A DNA stretch of 64,000 nt from the NCBI GenBank assembly GCA_041641295.1, contig JBEPYO010000001.1:1152001-1216000 (forward strand), read 5' to 3'. The notes under the pieces were generated by a model, which was not told where the DNA came from, searched no databases, and was given only the letters and a program-made list of their open reading frames with translations. The DNA comes from Nitrososphaerota archaeon (GTDB taxonomy: Archaea; Thermoproteota; Nitrososphaeria_A; Caldarchaeales; Calditenuaceae). The position numbers and the translations under genes are program-made. Positions 17,400 through 26,695 of this stretch are shown piece after piece. Position 1 is the first letter of the stretch. The number at the start of each line of letters is the position of its first letter.

Positions 17400-17459
17400 C
17401 ACCGAATCAAGTCGACGCCACTTTTTCTCCCACTAGTTATCAGGAGGTATCTACCTATT

Positions 17460-17924
17460 TCAAAGGCTCGCGTCGGTCTTCAGTATACGCGTCCACGTAC
17501 CCGATTCACCCGCAATACCCACTTCCTGCCACACCCTCACATCTCTCTTCAGCCTATGGCTTAGCAAGCCCTTAAAGAAGCCCTCATGGAAACTACACTC
17601 AAACACCCTCCCAAGCCCCGGCAACTGGCCACAGATACTGCAGTCAGATATCTTGATCGTTAATGGGTCCCGACTCACAATTTCGAGCCTCCCTAACACA
17701 AGCCTCCGCCACATCTCTGAGAGATAATTAAACACTTCCACCGGATCAGCCAGCTGTATGGACTCAGAAGCTTGACGGCCCATCTCCTCACCCAGCCTCC
17801 TCAACAAGTCCTTCGAACTAATCGCGAACTCTCTTTGCAAAGGATTGATAGCGGGGGAGAAGAACGCAATAGTGCTGACAATATCGCGCCAAAAACCCTT
17901 CTCCTCAACACTTAGCGAGGTCAA
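17460..17924 (-). CDS. Stand-alone V4R (4-vinyl reductase) domain protein
   Basis: LRRLGEEMGR, LGRLEIV, IKISDCSIC, ECSFHEGFFKGLLS, WQEV; Cys pattern of V4R. Confidence 0.75.
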   Translation of the reverse strand: MTSLSVEEKGFWRDIVSTIAFFSPAINPLQREFAISSKDLLRRLGEEMGRQASESIQLADPVEVFNYLSEMWRRLVLGRLEIVSRDPLTIKISDCSICGQLPGLGRVFECSFHEGFFKGLLSHRLKRDVRVWQEVGIAGESGTWTRILKTDASL

Positions 17925-18079
17925 CCCACATATAATGATGCAGTGTATTAAATAAAAGTTGCTGCCTTATATATTCTTGAAAGACGCTATGCATGCGTGT
18001 GTATGGATTGTCGTGGGGTAATTAAAAATATCGCTGTTAAGAGAAGGATGTGTGACTTTCTACGACTTGCTTTTATTAG

Positions 18080-19042
18080 TTAGGCAGGAGGGATGATTAT
18101 GTCAAGTTTCTCAGTCTCTGCTACTCTTCGCCAGTATTGGTATATGTTTTCCTGTATGGTTTTGATTATGTGCTCTTGCCTCTGTGGGTGGAAGAGGTGT
18201 TTGTATCTTCCTTGTGTTTTGAGGTATTCCTCCACTGGTTTTAAGACTCTTGGGACATAGGTGTGTTTCACTTCGCCGAATATTGCTTCTTTTAGTGGCC
18301 AGACTCCGCACTCGACGGCGAGTTTTGAGATTCTTATGCTCTCTGAGGTGTCGTGGTACCATCCGGTCGGGCACGGGGTGAATGAGATAAACAGCTTGGG
18401 CCCCCTATATTTCGATGCCTTCTCAATCTTCCTAAGCATGTCAACGATGTGGGAGGGTGCTATGGTTGCCACGTAGGGTGGTTTGTGGCTCCTCCATATC
18501 TCGAAGAGATCCTTCTTCGAACCCGTGTGCCCCTCTTTTTGGAGCTTTGTTGGCAGGGTTGTCGCGGTGGCCGCGGCGTATGGTGTGGCTCCGCTTTTCT
18601 GAAACCCTGTGTTACTATAGGCCTCATTATCATAGACTAGGTAGTAGAAGTCTAGCCCCCTCTCGATTGCCCCAGAGGTGCTCTGTAGGCCTATGTCGTA
18701 TGCGGCTCCGTCGCCTGTGAAGCAAACCACCTTGACATCTTCTTCTGGCGGGACTTTACCCTTCTCGATGAGGATGTCCAAAGCATCCCTGATTCCTTGG
18801 GCTCCTGCTGGTGCGGAGGCGAAGGCGGTGTACATCCAGCTCGACTTGAAGGGGGTGTAGGGATAGACGTGTAAGAGTGTGAAGCATCCGGCGGCATTAA
18901 CGAAAACTGCTCTCCCCTCAAGAGCTTTCAGGAACATTCTCAAGACGGGTGTGGCTCCGCAGCCGGCACATAATGGATTGCCTGGCGCTAGATACTCCTG
19001 GAGCGGGACGTCCCTAAGTGTCTTATACCTTGTCTCGCTCAC
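18080..19042 (-). CDS. porB: Pyruvate/2-ketoisovalerate:ferredoxin oxidoreductase beta subunit (TPP-binding)
   Basis: LCAGCG, NAAGC, GDGAAYDIG...DNEAYSNTG, PCPTGW. Confidence 0.92.
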   Translation of the reverse strand: MSETRYKTLRDVPLQEYLAPGNPLCAGCGATPVLRMFLKALEGRAVFVNAAGCFTLLHVYPYTPFKSSWMYTAFASAPAGAQGIRDALDILIEKGKVPPEEDVKVVCFTGDGAAYDIGLQSTSGAIERGLDFYYLVYDNEAYSNTGFQKSGATPYAAATATTLPTKLQKEGHTGSKKDLFEIWRSHKPPYVATIAPSHIVDMLRKIEKASKYRGPKLFISFTPCPTGWYHDTSESIRISKLAVECGVWPLKEAIFGEVKHTYVPRVLKPVEEYLKTQGRYKHLFHPQRQEHIIKTIQENIYQYWRRVAETEKLDIIIPPA

Positions 19043-20316
19043 CCCATCTCACCACCTAAACCCGCGAGGCCCAAGGCTCTCTTGACACTCTCTAACTCAT
19101 CCTTCCTAAATAGGAACAATGGCGTGTTTGGCTTCCTACCTTCTGGATGCTGCAGTACGTCGAAAATATACTCAAACTCTTCTAGTGAAATGTATTTTCC
19201 ACCGAGTCCTCCAATAACTGACATCAATACCTCTGGCCTGTTTCTCTGGTGATATAGTGCGCCGGCCACCTCTTGGTATATTATCCCTCCCATGCCGGGT
19301 GAGATGTTTTGGTCTAGAACGGCTACCGCCTTCCTGTTCTTGAGGAGTTCTGCCAGTTGATCTGACGGGAAAGGCCTGTACATAACTATCTTTACCAAGC
19401 CGGCGGGGACGCCCCTATCTCTAAGTCTCAGCACCGCCCTCTTACCCATTGTCGTGAAGGAGTTACTCATTACGAGGACGTATTCAGCATCCTCCAGGTA
19501 GAATCCCTCTACAGGCCTGTAGACCCTACCCGTCAACTCTCCATAATGTCTCGACGCCTCTTCGAAGACTTCAATAGCCCTTCTCATAGACTCGTGAATG
19601 TTGTGTTTAAAGTAAGTGTAGATGTGCCCGCCCAACACTGATGCGCCTTTGACGACTGGTCTACTGGCTCTGAATGGGAGGGTGGGAATGTAGGGTGGGA
19701 GAAACTCCTCCACCATCTCTTGGCTGGGGAGGTGGACTGGCTCTCTGGTGAAGGAGAGGTAGAAGCCGTCCATATTCACAATTGAGGGAAGCCTCACCCG
19801 CCTGTCCTCTGAGACGCGGTAGGCGAGCAGGATCAGGTCTAGCACATCTTGGCAGGTCTCTGCGTGGAACTGTAAGAAGCCGCTATCCCTCGCTGCTAAT
19901 ACGTCGTTGTGATCGGGCTCAAGGGTCACTGGAGCCGCGACGCCGCGTGAGACATTAACTAGGACGAGCGGGGCCCTCCACCCAGCGATATTATAGAGCA
20001 TCTCGAAACCGTATAAGAGTCCTTGACTCGATGTGGCTGTAAAGACCCTAGCACCTGTCAAAGAGGCGGTGCCTGCAGCTGTGAGCATAGAGTGCTCTGA
20101 CTCCAGCTGCACCAGCTTAGCCTTCATAACACCCTCACCTATCCATTTAGCGAGGGTCTCAATTATCTCGGTCTGCGGAGTTATAGGATATGCGGGTATA
20201 TAGTCAACGTCGGCTAGACGGGCAGCCCAAGCGGCCGCCACGTTACCTGTCAGCATCTCAACCTTCATCATCTCGACTGCCGCCAAGTTACTAGTTATCG
20301 CCTTGACATCACGCAT
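19039..20316 (-). CDS. porA: Pyruvate/2-ketoisovalerate:ferredoxin oxidoreductase alpha subunit
   Basis: AYPITPQT, ESEHS, TATSSQGL, NVSRG, DGFYLS, YRPFP, GGLGG; its ATG overlaps the upstream stop (ATGCGTGA). Confidence 0.92.
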   Translation of the reverse strand: MRDVKAITSNLAAVEMMKVEMLTGNVAAAWAARLADVDYIPAYPITPQTEIIETLAKWIGEGVMKAKLVQLESEHSMLTAAGTASLTGARVFTATSSQGLLYGFEMLYNIAGWRAPLVLVNVSRGVAAPVTLEPDHNDVLAARDSGFLQFHAETCQDVLDLILLAYRVSEDRRVRLPSIVNMDGFYLSFTREPVHLPSQEMVEEFLPPYIPTLPFRASRPVVKGASVLGGHIYTYFKHNIHESMRRAIEVFEEASRHYGELTGRVYRPVEGFYLEDAEYVLVMSNSFTTMGKRAVLRLRDRGVPAGLVKIVMYRPFPSDQLAELLKNRKAVAVLDQNISPGMGGIIYQEVAGALYHQRNRPEVLMSVIGGLGGKYISLEEFEYIFDVLQHPEGRKPNTPLFLFRKDELESVKRALGLAGLGGEMG

Positions 20317-21211
20317 AGACCCTAACCTCCCTAACAGAAGAAATGGCGCGGAGGGGGCACTCTCTCAAACATATCATGCAGCCCTTACAGTTGTCATAGT
20401 CGATAACCGCCTTATTGTTCTCGTCCAGAGTTATGCACGAGTCGGGGCAGTAGATGATGCAGACCAAGCAGCCTGTACACTTCTGCGGGTCTACTATGGG
20501 CTTGAATATGCGCCAGTTACCTGTCCGCCTCAGTGCAGAGTTTCCGAGATTAGATATGTCGAGGTGGATGACCTCCTCATGGGTGACTGGTTCGTATTCT
20601 AGTGGTGATACTTCGCGGGTGATGGGCTCGCTTTCCTGCGTATTTATCGCCGGAGTGGGGATTACGTCGTAAACCTCGGCGGCCAGCTGTATGTTCTTCT
20701 CCAACAGCTCATCCTTTAAGTCCAACTCGGCCAGTTCTTCTGCTGTTGCCTCTAGGATGGATGATTTTGAGATTAGGCCAGTTATTTTGGCCGCCGCCGC
20801 TGCGGCAGGTGAACTGATTATGGGTTTGCCGATGATCTCTAGCGCCATGCCAGTCAAATCATAAGTTATGAAGACCTTGTCGTCATGTCCCGCAGGTGGT
20901 GGGAACCCAGACACCGCGTTTACGAATACGGCCCCACCCTTCTTAACCCCCTCCAGTGGCCGTGCCAACCAGTCGTTGAGAAGAGTTTCATCCATTACAA
21001 TTACGATGTCAGGGTCAAAGATGAACCCCCTCTCAGTAATTGGGGTCTTGGAGATCCGTGTAAAGGATACGACGGGCGCTCCCCGCCTCTCCGCCCCGTA
21101 TATGGGGGAGTCCTGGGCTATGAAGCCATCAAGAAAGGCTGCGCGACCGAGGATGCGGCTGCTGGTTTTAACCCCTTGGCCGCCTCGGCCATGAAATCTG
21201 ATTTTAAGCAT
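20309..21211 (-). CDS. porC: 2-oxoacid:ferredoxin oxidoreductase gamma-delta fusion
   Basis: IRFHGRGGQG, YGAERRGAPV (gamma); TGNWR, CTGCLVC..YCP, CKGCMIC..ECP (2x[4Fe-4S], delta). Confidence 0.92.
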   Translation of the reverse strand: MLKIRFHGRGGQGVKTSSRILGRAAFLDGFIAQDSPIYGAERRGAPVVSFTRISKTPITERGFIFDPDIVIVMDETLLNDWLARPLEGVKKGGAVFVNAVSGFPPPAGHDDKVFITYDLTGMALEIIGKPIISSPAAAAAAKITGLISKSSILEATAEELAELDLKDELLEKNIQLAAEVYDVIPTPAINTQESEPITREVSPLEYEPVTHEEVIHLDISNLGNSALRRTGNWRIFKPIVDPQKCTGCLVCIIYCPDSCITLDENNKAVIDYDNCKGCMICLRECPLRAISSVREVRVYA

Positions 21212-21375
21212 GGGGCTCCATACCCCACACCAAGAAGATGGGTGATGGGTTTTATATATGTACGCCTCAACCTCGATATTAAGATATAAAATGAAAGGAT
21301 TTATTTAAGAACTTGCTTTACACATCCAACCCCTTTAAAAATGAGTTATGATAATTTTCGAAAGAGTGAGTACGG

Positions 21376-23502
21376 TTGGGGCTGGCTACTGAATTAGACG
21401 CGTTTTTCAACCCGAGGTCTATAGCCGTTGTGGGTGTTTCACACCATCCGGACAAAATCGGCCGGGTGATATATGATCGGCTACTGAACAATAGAAGGCA
21501 GGGCGTTCTGAGGGCTGATGTCTATCCAGTTAACCCAGAGTTGAAGGAGCTCTATGGGCACCGCGTGTTTTCCAGCCTATCCGAGATAAATGAGGAGATT
21601 GATCTAGTGGTTATAGCTCTTCCGGCGTCTCAGGTCCCTCAGGCGATTCTGGAGGCCGGGCGAAATGGTGCGAAGGCAGCAATAGTGGTGAGTGGGGGTT
21701 TCTCAGAAGTGGGAAATGACCAGCTCACAGAGAGCTTGAGAAGGGCGATTAAACAATCGGGGTTGCGGGTTCTCGGACCGAACACTGTCGGCGTAATGGA
21801 CTCATACACAGGTGTAAACACTTTCTTCACGAGGGAGGTTAAGGCCTTCTCAGATGGGAGGACTGCCCAGAGCTTTATTTTCCCTGGCAAGGGTAATGTA
21901 AGCATCGTATCCCAGAGCGGCGCGCTTGCCCACTATGTTCTCGACACTCTTGGAGAGAGAGGTGTTGGTGTACGAGCTGTAGCCTGTGTTGGCAATCAAA
22001 TAGATGTCAGCATGTCTGAGCTTCTCTCCTACTTTGCCAATGACGCGTTGACGTCTGTCGTGGTTGTGTATGTTGAGGGTGTTAGACATGGTAGAGAGTT
22101 TCTTAACAGTTTTCTAGAGCTACGACGTAACGGGAAACAGATAGTAGTTCTGAAGGCGGGCAGGACTTTGGCTGGGAAGAGAACAGCCTACACACATACG
22201 GCAAGTATGGCGGGTGAATGGGAAACCTACGTAGGGGCCTTCAAACAGGCCGGCGCGGTAGTTGTCGATAACGTCAAGGAGTTGGCCGAGGTCTCCCTAG
22301 CCCTGAGCCTCCAGAAACCCCCAAGAGGGCGTCGTCTCGCAATATTGACCAACGCGGGCGGCTTCTCAGTCATAGCATCCGACCTCGCCCAAGCAAACGG
22401 ACTAGAAGTCATACAACTACCAGAGGCCGCTATCGAGAAAATGGAGCGACTAAAGAGAGAGGGTAGGATTCCCCCAGTGGCGGTCACCACTAACCCCGTC
22501 GACCTCAGTGGTAGCGCCGATTCAGCAGCCTTTGAAGAGGCCTACAGAGTGATTTCAGAGAGTGGGGTGTTCGACATGCACCTCCTTATGCCTTTTCATG
22601 TACCCCCCATGATGGATGAGAGGGTCGTACCTAAGCTGGCAGAGATTGCGAGGAGCTCTGGTGCGACTGTTGTGGGATGCGACACGGGAGATACTGAATG
22701 GTCTGCCACCATGAGGGCTCTAATGATTAAAAATGGAATACCAGCATACAAGGACATGGAGGACGCAATCAGAGTACTAACACTTATCTCTGATATCTTC
22801 ACACCCTCGAGGAAGAGTTTCCCAGTCTACGAGGCGAGATCAGGCGAGGCCTTGGAGCCAATCCCCAGAGCCCACTTAATCGAACTCATCCGTAAACACG
22901 GAATTCAAGTCGCTAGAGAGGAGGTTGTATTCACGGAGGATGATGCTGTAGAGGCTGCAGAAAGGATAGGATATCCAGTCGTCATGAAGATAGCCTCGGA
23001 GAGGATACCCCACAAGACCGATGTGGGTGGCGTACAGCTGGGAATAGCCGATAGGGCGCAGGTATTGAGAGCGTTTAACAAGCTGGCGGGGATAGCTGAG
23101 AAGCTTGGTCTGAGTGATAAGGGCGTGGTTGTCCAAGAGACTGTCCGAGGAGTTGAACTGATACTGGGGTCCAAGGTCGACGAAACCTTCGGCCCAACCG
23201 TGACCATTGGCATTGGCGGGGTCCTAACAGAAGTGATTCGAGACTTCATCACATTCGTCTCACCAGTCCAAGACGACGAGGCTGACTACATGCTTAGCAG
23301 GCTGAGGCTCTCAAAGCTTCTGGATGGGTTTAGAGGATACCCGCCCGTGGATAGAAAAGCATTACGGGAAGCAATAATAAACTTCTCCAAGATACTGGTT
23401 GAGAATCCATCTATCGCGCAGCTCGAAATTAACCCCCTGATGGCATACGGTGAGAGAATCGTCGCAGTAGACATAAGAGGATGGAGATACAGTCCCCCAT
23501 AG
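21376..23502 (+). CDS. acdAB: ADP-forming acetate--CoA ligase, alpha-beta fusion
   Basis: FFNPRSIAVVG, LGPNTVG, SQSGA, AYTHTASMAG (phospho-His), TNAGG, NPVDL; ATP-grasp part PHKTDVGGV, FGP, EINPL. Confidence 0.92.
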   Translation: MGLATELDAFFNPRSIAVVGVSHHPDKIGRVIYDRLLNNRRQGVLRADVYPVNPELKELYGHRVFSSLSEINEEIDLVVIALPASQVPQAILEAGRNGAKAAIVVSGGFSEVGNDQLTESLRRAIKQSGLRVLGPNTVGVMDSYTGVNTFFTREVKAFSDGRTAQSFIFPGKGNVSIVSQSGALAHYVLDTLGERGVGVRAVACVGNQIDVSMSELLSYFANDALTSVVVVYVEGVRHGREFLNSFLELRRNGKQIVVLKAGRTLAGKRTAYTHTASMAGEWETYVGAFKQAGAVVVDNVKELAEVSLALSLQKPPRGRRLAILTNAGGFSVIASDLAQANGLEVIQLPEAAIEKMERLKREGRIPPVAVTTNPVDLSGSADSAAFEEAYRVISESGVFDMHLLMPFHVPPMMDERVVPKLAEIARSSGATVVGCDTGDTEWSATMRALMIKNGIPAYKDMEDAIRVLTLISDIFTPSRKSFPVYEARSGEALEPIPRAHLIELIRKHGIQVAREEVVFTEDDAVEAAERIGYPVVMKIASERIPHKTDVGGVQLGIADRAQVLRAFNKLAGIAEKLGLSDKGVVVQETVRGVELILGSKVDETFGPTVTIGIGGVLTEVIRDFITFVSPVQDDEADYMLSRLRLSKLLDGFRGYPPVDRKALREAIINFSKILVENPSIAQLEINPLMAYGERIVAVDIRGWRYSPP

Positions 23503-23593
23503 ATAAGTAAGCCTAGCTAGGTCTGGATTCTCAGGGAACATGGCGCCCTTATGCGCTGGAACTAATTTATGGGGAAGCCCACTTAATATAATC

Positions 23594-23609
23594 TCATAAA
23601 ATTGTATGA
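23594..23609. promoter_or_regulatory. Near-perfect 16-bp palindrome TCATAAAATTGTATGA, candidate operator of the heme-copper operon
   Basis: 7 of 8 pairs complementary; lies immediately downstream of a TATA-like TTAATATAA. Confidence 0.45.
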
Positions 23610-23694
23610 ATCATTATGTAGAAATTCCTAACAATTTGACAACTAGAGTTCGCGCATAGATTCTTTGCTCGTTTCGCTGATTAGCCATCTGGCG

Positions 23695-24267
23695 ATGTAT
23701 CCGCAATTTGTTATAGAGGTCATCTATTTTGGGATCATATCCGTGATCGTGGCGTTTATCGTAGCGTTTTATATTCTGACACAGAGAGGAGGGCGCGAAG
23801 TTGAGGCTGACGGTGGGCATGAGGGGAGGGCCGGTATGGAGAAAGGTGAGAGGAACTGGATGCTCTTCCTATTCTCCGTGGCGTTGATTGGCAATATATT
23901 GTTCCTCTCGCCAATTCTCCCCTCTGCTCGCAACGCATTGTACGAACCTAAGCCAGCCACCACCATAACAATATACGTGAAAAACTATAGTTTTCAACTC
24001 CCCGAGACTCCAATAATAATCCCAGCGAACACCCCCGTAGAGTTTGTTGTGATATCTGAAGACTTGGTCTATGGATTCGGGATCTTCAGGAAGGATGGCT
24101 CGATGGTCTTCCAGATGCAGGTGGTCCCAAAGCCGTATGTCAACAGGATTGTCTGGGTCTTCGAGGAGCCTGGGGCCTACGATATACGGTCGACCGAGTA
24201 TAGTGGGCCTCAACACCCGTGGATGTTTGTCCCGGATGCTATAATTGTGGAGGGTGGTAAGTCATGA
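23695..24267 (+). CDS. Heme-copper oxidoreductase subunit II (cupredoxin fold) lacking the CuA ligands
   Basis: Two TM helices, then IPANTPVEFVVISEDLVYGF, QMQVVP, FEEPGAYDIRSTEYSGPQHPWM. The CxExCxxxHxxM motif has both Cys replaced by Ser, and the DVxH His is Tyr. Confidence 0.88.
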   Translation: MYPQFVIEVIYFGIISVIVAFIVAFYILTQRGGREVEADGGHEGRAGMEKGERNWMLFLFSVALIGNILFLSPILPSARNALYEPKPATTITIYVKNYSFQLPETPIIIPANTPVEFVVISEDLVYGFGIFRKDGSMVFQMQVVPKPYVNRIVWVFEEPGAYDIRSTEYSGPQHPWMFVPDAIIVEGGKS

Positions 24268-25847
24268 ATGAGGATGAGCGAAAGATACTTGCATTAAGGT
24301 TTGTCGTAGTGGCGTTGATTTTCTTCGCTCTTGCTGGAATTGAAGGGATATTGATGAGGCTCAGAATTCTAAATCTCCTCACAGACCTCTTTGATGAGCG
24401 GCATTTCTACTCCATGATGACTGCCCACCCATTCGTGGGCATCTATGGCTGGGCCTACATGGCGGTAATGGGTGCATTTTACTTCTTAGTCCCCTACGTG
24501 TTGAAGAGAGATATCTATAGCAAGCGAGCCTCCTATGCGAGTTTCTGGCTTATGATCTCTGGGCTCGCCATTATATGGACCACTACATTTGTAACCCACT
24601 ACGCTCCCCTCTACACCCTCTACTGGCCTATACCAGTCGCGGTGGAGTTGGCTGGCTGGAATCCGGCGGCAATATTCTCTTTCGGAGTGGGTGTGGCACT
24701 AGTTTTAGCAGCTGTACTGGTGTTCTTCTTCAACATGTTCGCGACAATTTTTCTCCCCGCTAGGGTTGAGATGAATGGGGGTGAAAAGGTAGGTGCTGGC
24801 TATGTTTTCAAGGAGCTCATGCTCACGGCATTCAACCTCGATAAACTCTGGGCCAAGGTGAGGGGTATCCCACATTACACAGCAAGAGTATTCAACTATC
24901 CGGTCTTCGTAGTCTCGGTGTTTAGGGGTTGCGTCGACACTACTCTAAACGCACTCGTGATAGGCGGTGTTGGAGTGCTCTTAGCCCTTTTCGGTGCCGC
25001 CCACCTGTTTTCAGGCTCCTCCCTGAGCTACTCCCTGATCGACCCGCTAGTCTACAAGAATGTCTTCTGGTGGGGCCTAGACTTAATTGCAGACGGTAAT
25101 GTCCTCATATTCACAGCCGGGACCTGGTATCTCCTCGTACCGCTGCTTCTGAATAGACAGCTATACGGCGAATCAGTTGTAAGGACTGTCATTCTTGCGG
25201 ACCTAGTTGTATCGCTGTTCGTCTGGAATCATCACATGCTGGCAGATACGCCACAGCCCCTTGTCCTACAGATCCAAGGCCAGATCTTTACTTGGGGAGA
25301 ATTGATAACTATGGGGCTTACAATGTTCGCGGTACTAGCTACTATCTGGAGGGCTAGGCCGGTCAAGTACTCTGCCCCGCTGAAATTCGTCCTAGTTTCT
25401 ATAACTGGGTATGCTATAGGTGGTTTGGCGGGGATAATACAGGCAAACTATGCCTCGAACCGCTTCTTCCACAATACCCAGTGGGTAATCGGGATTCATG
25501 GTCATATTCAACTTCTCGTTGGGCTTTCGTTGACGATTTTCGCGGCAATTTATGCCCTGTTCCCACTCCTCACCGGGAAAGCCCTCAACGAGAAGCTTGC
25601 AGATGCCCACTTACTATTGATGGGTGTTGGCGGGGTTGTGATGGGTCTTGCTATGGGGTTGGCGGGTACACAAGGCATGCTGAGGAGAACCCTCTACCCG
25701 ATGGGCCTCGGAATATATGAGCCATACATGGGTGTAGCGCTTATTGGGGCTTTGATGATGGCAGCCGGGTTCGCCGTATTCATAATTAACGTCGTCAGAA
25801 CAGTTGGACTAGGCTCGCTGGTGAAACTCTTTCTACCCCAAAAATAA
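24264..25847 (+). CDS. Heme-copper oxidoreductase subunit I, B-family-derived, gNOR-like putative nitric oxide reductase
   Basis: About 12 TM helices; MTAHP (low-spin heme His), LYTLYWP, WNHH (metal ligands), HNTQWVIGIHGH (HxH), GMLRRT; helix VI reads IADGNVL instead of GHPxVY. Confidence 0.82.
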   Translation: MNEDERKILALRFVVVALIFFALAGIEGILMRLRILNLLTDLFDERHFYSMMTAHPFVGIYGWAYMAVMGAFYFLVPYVLKRDIYSKRASYASFWLMISGLAIIWTTTFVTHYAPLYTLYWPIPVAVELAGWNPAAIFSFGVGVALVLAAVLVFFFNMFATIFLPARVEMNGGEKVGAGYVFKELMLTAFNLDKLWAKVRGIPHYTARVFNYPVFVVSVFRGCVDTTLNALVIGGVGVLLALFGAAHLFSGSSLSYSLIDPLVYKNVFWWGLDLIADGNVLIFTAGTWYLLVPLLLNRQLYGESVVRTVILADLVVSLFVWNHHMLADTPQPLVLQIQGQIFTWGELITMGLTMFAVLATIWRARPVKYSAPLKFVLVSITGYAIGGLAGIIQANYASNRFFHNTQWVIGIHGHIQLLVGLSLTIFAAIYALFPLLTGKALNEKLADAHLLLMGVGGVVMGLAMGLAGTQGMLRRTLYPMGLGIYEPYMGVALIGALMMAAGFAVFIINVVRTVGLGSLVKLFLPQK

Positions 25848-25921
25848 CATATCTTAGGGCGGTTGCAGCTCTGTAAAATCCTGAAAGATTTTTTTCTTAG
25901 ACCCTCGATTAATACTCTGGC

Positions 25922-26689
25922 TTGAGTGGTGCTGTAGCGTCCTATTTCTTCGAGAAGAAGAAGGTTGAGCAGGGGTCGCCGATAGTGGAGGGTCTTCCTG
26001 AGGTAGGTCTGGTCGGCACGATTGTGACCTCCTATATCGCTTCGACGTTGAAGGGTGAGGCCGTGGGTCATATTGAGATTCCTGAGCTTCCACCCATCGT
26101 GACTGTGTGGGAGTCTAGGATTATGGAGCCATGCAGGCTGTATAGGGTATCGCTGGAGGCGCGGCAGCTGCTACTGCTCTACTCCGATGTGCCTGTGCCG
26201 CCGAAGGGCATGTGGGGTATGGCTAACTCCATCGTCGAGATTGCTTCCATGATTAAGTCGCCAATTATATCGGTTGGTGGGATTCCGGAGCCTGATAGGC
26301 TGGATATTGAGAAGCCGAAGGTCTATGTCCTCTCTAACGATGAGGAGTTGATGAGGATGGCCATGGCTACTGATTATGTACAGAAGTTTGAGAACGGCTA
26401 CCTAACAGGCGTTAAGGCAGCGATTCTGAAGAGTGCGGCTAAGAGGGATGTGAAGGTTCTCCTCGCACTTGTTCAGAGCCACATGAACTACCCCGACCCC
26501 GGCGCAGCCGCCGAAGTTATAACATTCCTAAACAAGCTGCTAGGCTCGAAGATCCCGGTAGACACTCTCCTAGAGCAGGCTGAGCAGCTGAAGATGCAGA
26601 TGAGGGACCTGATGCGCAGGACCAGCGCAAACCTCGCGAGGATGCCTGTGGGGCTCCAGCTCGAGTCGCCTCCCGGATACATCAGGTGA
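25922..26689 (+). CDS. Proteasome assembly chaperone, PAC2 family
   Basis: VEGLPEVGLVGTI, PCRLY, ISVGG, GYLTG, YPDPGAAA, LLEQAE; C-terminal GYIR. Confidence 0.88.
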   Translation: MSGAVASYFFEKKKVEQGSPIVEGLPEVGLVGTIVTSYIASTLKGEAVGHIEIPELPPIVTVWESRIMEPCRLYRVSLEARQLLLLYSDVPVPPKGMWGMANSIVEIASMIKSPIISVGGIPEPDRLDIEKPKVYVLSNDEELMRMAMATDYVQKFENGYLTGVKAAILKSAAKRDVKVLLALVQSHMNYPDPGAAAEVITFLNKLLGSKIPVDTLLEQAEQLKMQMRDLMRRTSANLARMPVGLQLESPPGYIR

Positions 26690-26695
26690 TGGGGG

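Noticed and set aside
18080-21211. Oxalate oxidoreductase (suggested by the gamma-delta fusion)
   Set aside because: The alpha subunit has YPITP (POR/VOR type), not YPIRP.
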